Assembly: GCA_000934665.2 (NCBI GenBank)
Contig: KZ538969.1
Span: 1-38,158, forward strand
Reading direction: 5' to 3'
Origin: Catajapyx aquilonaris
Lineage: Eukaryota
DNA length: 38,158 bases
Shown: piece by piece, positions 34,901 to 38,158 of the stretch
Layout of the letters: each line of letters starts with the position of its first letter
How positions within the stretch are numbered: the stretch's first letter is position 1
The notes under the pieces: model-generated
What the model saw: only the letters and a program-made list of their open reading frames with translations
Told to the model about the DNA's origin: nothing
The model's database searches: none
Position numbers and translations under genes: made by a program

Positions 34901-37059
34901 CGCATAAGGTCAGATCAATAACAAGGGATGAAATTTCCACTTTCTTGAGACTTGAGAGGGACGGTGGACATACATAAATTCCCTTTTCCCGTCGAATGTA
35001 GACGTAGAAACTGGAAATCTGGGCGGGGGGTGTCTATATTACGTTAACCAATCCTGTTGAGACAGTAAAATAATATCGGAATTTCTCGCAGATGCGGTTG
35101 AGCCTGCACTTACGAATTAGTCGCAAACTTCGCTTTGATATACGACCCATTCGTGAGTCCGGGGGAATTAGGAGCGCTCCAAAAGCAAAATTATTATAAA
35201 GCGATTATGTGACTCCGACATGACTGGCGATTACGTACACGTTGAGGCAAAGAGTTGGACCAATTCGGCCAGACGATTCGCCAATGCAAATTTTTAAATA
35301 ATTCGTACTTGATTTTTTGAATAAATTCTGGCCACATAACTGTACGTATATTATGACTTTACGAGTAGTCATTTTCTGGCAATTCGTGGTTTTATGAACG
35401 TCAAAAATCCCCCGCAATCCCGTGTGATTTAGCGTGCGGGAATTTTTAAGTACTCTTTGCATTATCAGCCCAGCTGCTGATGCTCTCAGGCAGGAGGGCC
35501 AGATATACTGGAAACGGACAAAACTGTGACTACCATAACTGTGGTCGAGAGGTAAGGGACAAAGTTCACTGTTTAAAGATTTTCGTTTTACAATGCATAT
35601 TAATAATGGAAACCTGCTAGAGAAATGGCTAGGTTCATAATATTATTTTCTCTATTATAGCATCCACTTTCGTGTTCCCTCATCACTTCTGTATTATCCA
35701 AATATTAGGCTCGCCTGTTATATTTCCGCTACAGATTGCAAACAAAAGCATAGCGAACACTAATAGCGAACAAATAAACTATACCAGTTTTTCTTTGCCT
35801 ATAAATCATCATTAGCGTTTTCATGCTTCTCATAACTGTACAGTACCAGTGTTATTATTAATATTTTTACGTACTTGTTTAAACAAGTCCTTGGGAATTG
35901 TGTAAATACTTTACAGTATAATATCAATGTTACTTTGAGTAAGTCATATAGTTGGGAATTCTACATTTGAACCTATAGAACTTGATGAACCAGAACTAAC
36001 TTATATCATAATAATGTCTTGGGAAACGGTGTACTGGAGGGTTAGTACTTGGGCACTCATTCACAAAGAATGTTTGTTGTTGTTCTTCGAAAGTGGTTCA
36101 CTCAGCACTGGATACAAGTTTTTTATGCTATTTTACGTTTTTGGCTAATTTTGGAATTGTTTCTACAGTGGCTTGGGAACAGAAAGGAAGATATTAAAAG
36201 GGGGATATTTGAACAACAACACAATAATACCATTTGAACTTCAAAATGTAAGTTTTCCCTTAATTTTCCAAAAAAAATGTTTTCTGTGCATTATATCTCT
36301 CCCTCCATCCCTTTCATACTCTTACATCATCTATCAAGCCCTCAAGTAGCATGCTTTAATGATATGCTGATTCTGAAGGGGAGAAAAAAATCAGTCGATC
36401 TGCTTACTAGACGATGCCGAAATAAAGGATAGTCGTCTGGCTTTGTGATAATGAAAGAGCACATTTTCTAAACTACTTCTAAACTACTATGAGCCTGTAT
36501 ACGAAAGTGACACCCACGTTCTTATGCTATGCATTGCACCATTGACACACCGCAGTTACGTAGCACATGTGTTCGAGGGAAAGCTTTTTACTGCCCAAAT
36601 TGCGGGCTACCCTTTGACACCGAGTACCAACCGAACGGAAAACCGTTAGGCTATATAAGGCCTTGCTCTAACGAAATGAGTTTGCGAATAATGAGAGAAA
36701 GAATGCAATTAATTTTGGGTTGTCCGTAGGCGTGACAAAGGATTGAGTCAGGAATAAAACTGTGATTGTACTCGGAAGTTTAATAAATGGTCGTATCCGT
36801 ACAGGATCATTTTGTGTAAATAACCTAGATTTGCGTTTTCAAGCAACGTTCAATGAAATTAGGTTCTGGCCAATGAAGAGGATGTAATTTAATTACGTAA
36901 ATCTCGGATATTATCTTTTCTTCCGTATACTGGACGGTTTTCTTTCGCCTAAGAAAAGTGATGGTTACAATATTTTATTAATTCGTTTCCTTATTGATCA
37001 GCTTTAAAATATTGAGATTGCGCCTGATTGGCCTAATTTTATGCTGAAATTAAAACTCG

Positions 37060-37240
37060 ATACCGTATTCTGAACAGTTTACATAAAATCGTCTATGCCC
37101 GCACTGAAATGTACCGGAACAGTGAGCAATCGGGTAGGCCCACAGTCGGCAGCGTAAATAAATAGATATACCGTTGGAGCAACTAATCTGGGGATCTGAT
37201 AACATCACATCTTGGCCCTGAGAACCGTCCTTGGAGGACT
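37060..37240 (+). mobile_element. Possible I-group LINE RT C-terminal remnant
   Basis: TVYIKSSMPALKC (LY...RPxLEY) and ALRTVLGGLKS (ALRxxxGAxKS). Confidence 0.35.
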
Positions 37241-38158
37241 AAAGTCACGATTTAACTGGTCCAAGGTTGACTTCGGTTCTACAGAAGGATCGTATCGGAT
37301 GCACGGATTAGTTAAACCAGCCGTATCTACTTTCCTCAAACTTCACTGATGAATTACGCCATTAACCCCACCAACATGTAACCAAAATGTTATAATGTTG
37401 ATAGAATTATAAGTAACACAGATTGTGAACTGAAATTTTGGTGCAGTAAACACCCAATATAATGTTAGCACCCAAATGAATATGCGAGTTTGCCTGCCAG
37501 GGTTCATTTTATAAAATATCTAGAGTACACACGCAGGATACGGCCATATGAGAACTAAATATTCCGTCACGCTACGCTAATATTTGTACATAATCAAACA
37601 ATGGTATGCCCCACTACACCCACTGCCCACTAAATATCACACTACCCCCCCTCCCCACCCCCCTCGAAAAAAAAAAACAAAAAAATGTCACGCATTGAGT
37701 ACGGGTACCACCATCGAGAGACCCAGTAAAGTTAGCTCTAATCAGACCAATGCTTGTTGTGTACAGCAACTGCCCCACACTCTTTCTAATTGGAGGGGCA
37801 GCCCATCGTTTCAACAACGGATAGGAAATCCATGAATTTCCCAGGCGGGTTAGTGTTTACACAATCGCAGCACGGCGTTACTAACTACAGCATAGGGAGA
37901 GAGCTTGCCTTCCTACTGTAGTATCGGACTATAGGTCACAATGCAAGCCCTCCCCAAACCTCCCCTCCATCCACCCCCGCCTTTCGGAGGAAAATATAAT
38001 GCCATACTGTGCCGCCACATTCTGTTTGAGAGCAAAACGGATGGCCTATATGAAATAAACCGATTATAGCTACAGATTTCACGAGGGCTGCTGTTATTTC
38101 TATGAGGCCACTTGACTTGATCAAAGTTGATCGTGTGTGGCTTTTTCAGTATGGAAAG

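Noticed and set aside
1..38158. Prokaryotic systems (CRISPR arrays, operons, defence islands)
   Set aside because: No regularly spaced repeats or gene-dense ORFs. Spliceosomal exon structure and eukaryotic repeats show this is animal DNA.

Overview
Eukaryotic genomic DNA, probably arthropod, with one 268-nt assembly gap; most of it is intronic. The only convincing host gene is on the minus strand and encodes a Beaten-path (Beat)-family Ig-domain protein. Its signal-peptide exon (33547..33481, MAKAMSCASLLLLLGLFLLHWK-G) splices in phase 1 across a ~23.4-kb intron to an Ig V-type exon (10090..9885). Later exons were not found in the window. A probable non-coding first exon and an Inr/DPE-like promoter lie at ~34045-34310. 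The introns hold about a dozen heavily decayed non-LTR retrotransposon RT fragments (CR1/L2, RTE, Jockey/I-like), several MITEs, two tRNA-derived SINE heads and microsatellites. Almost all ORFs in the supplied track are spurious. The most unusual signals are (i) a tRNA-like, CCA-ending SINE head directly followed by an HDV-like ribozyme fold that lacks one P3 strand (593-776), and (ii) two uORFs chained to each other and to the Beat ORF by successive ATGA stop/start overlaps. All family assignments come from motif recognition by eye; no searches were run.
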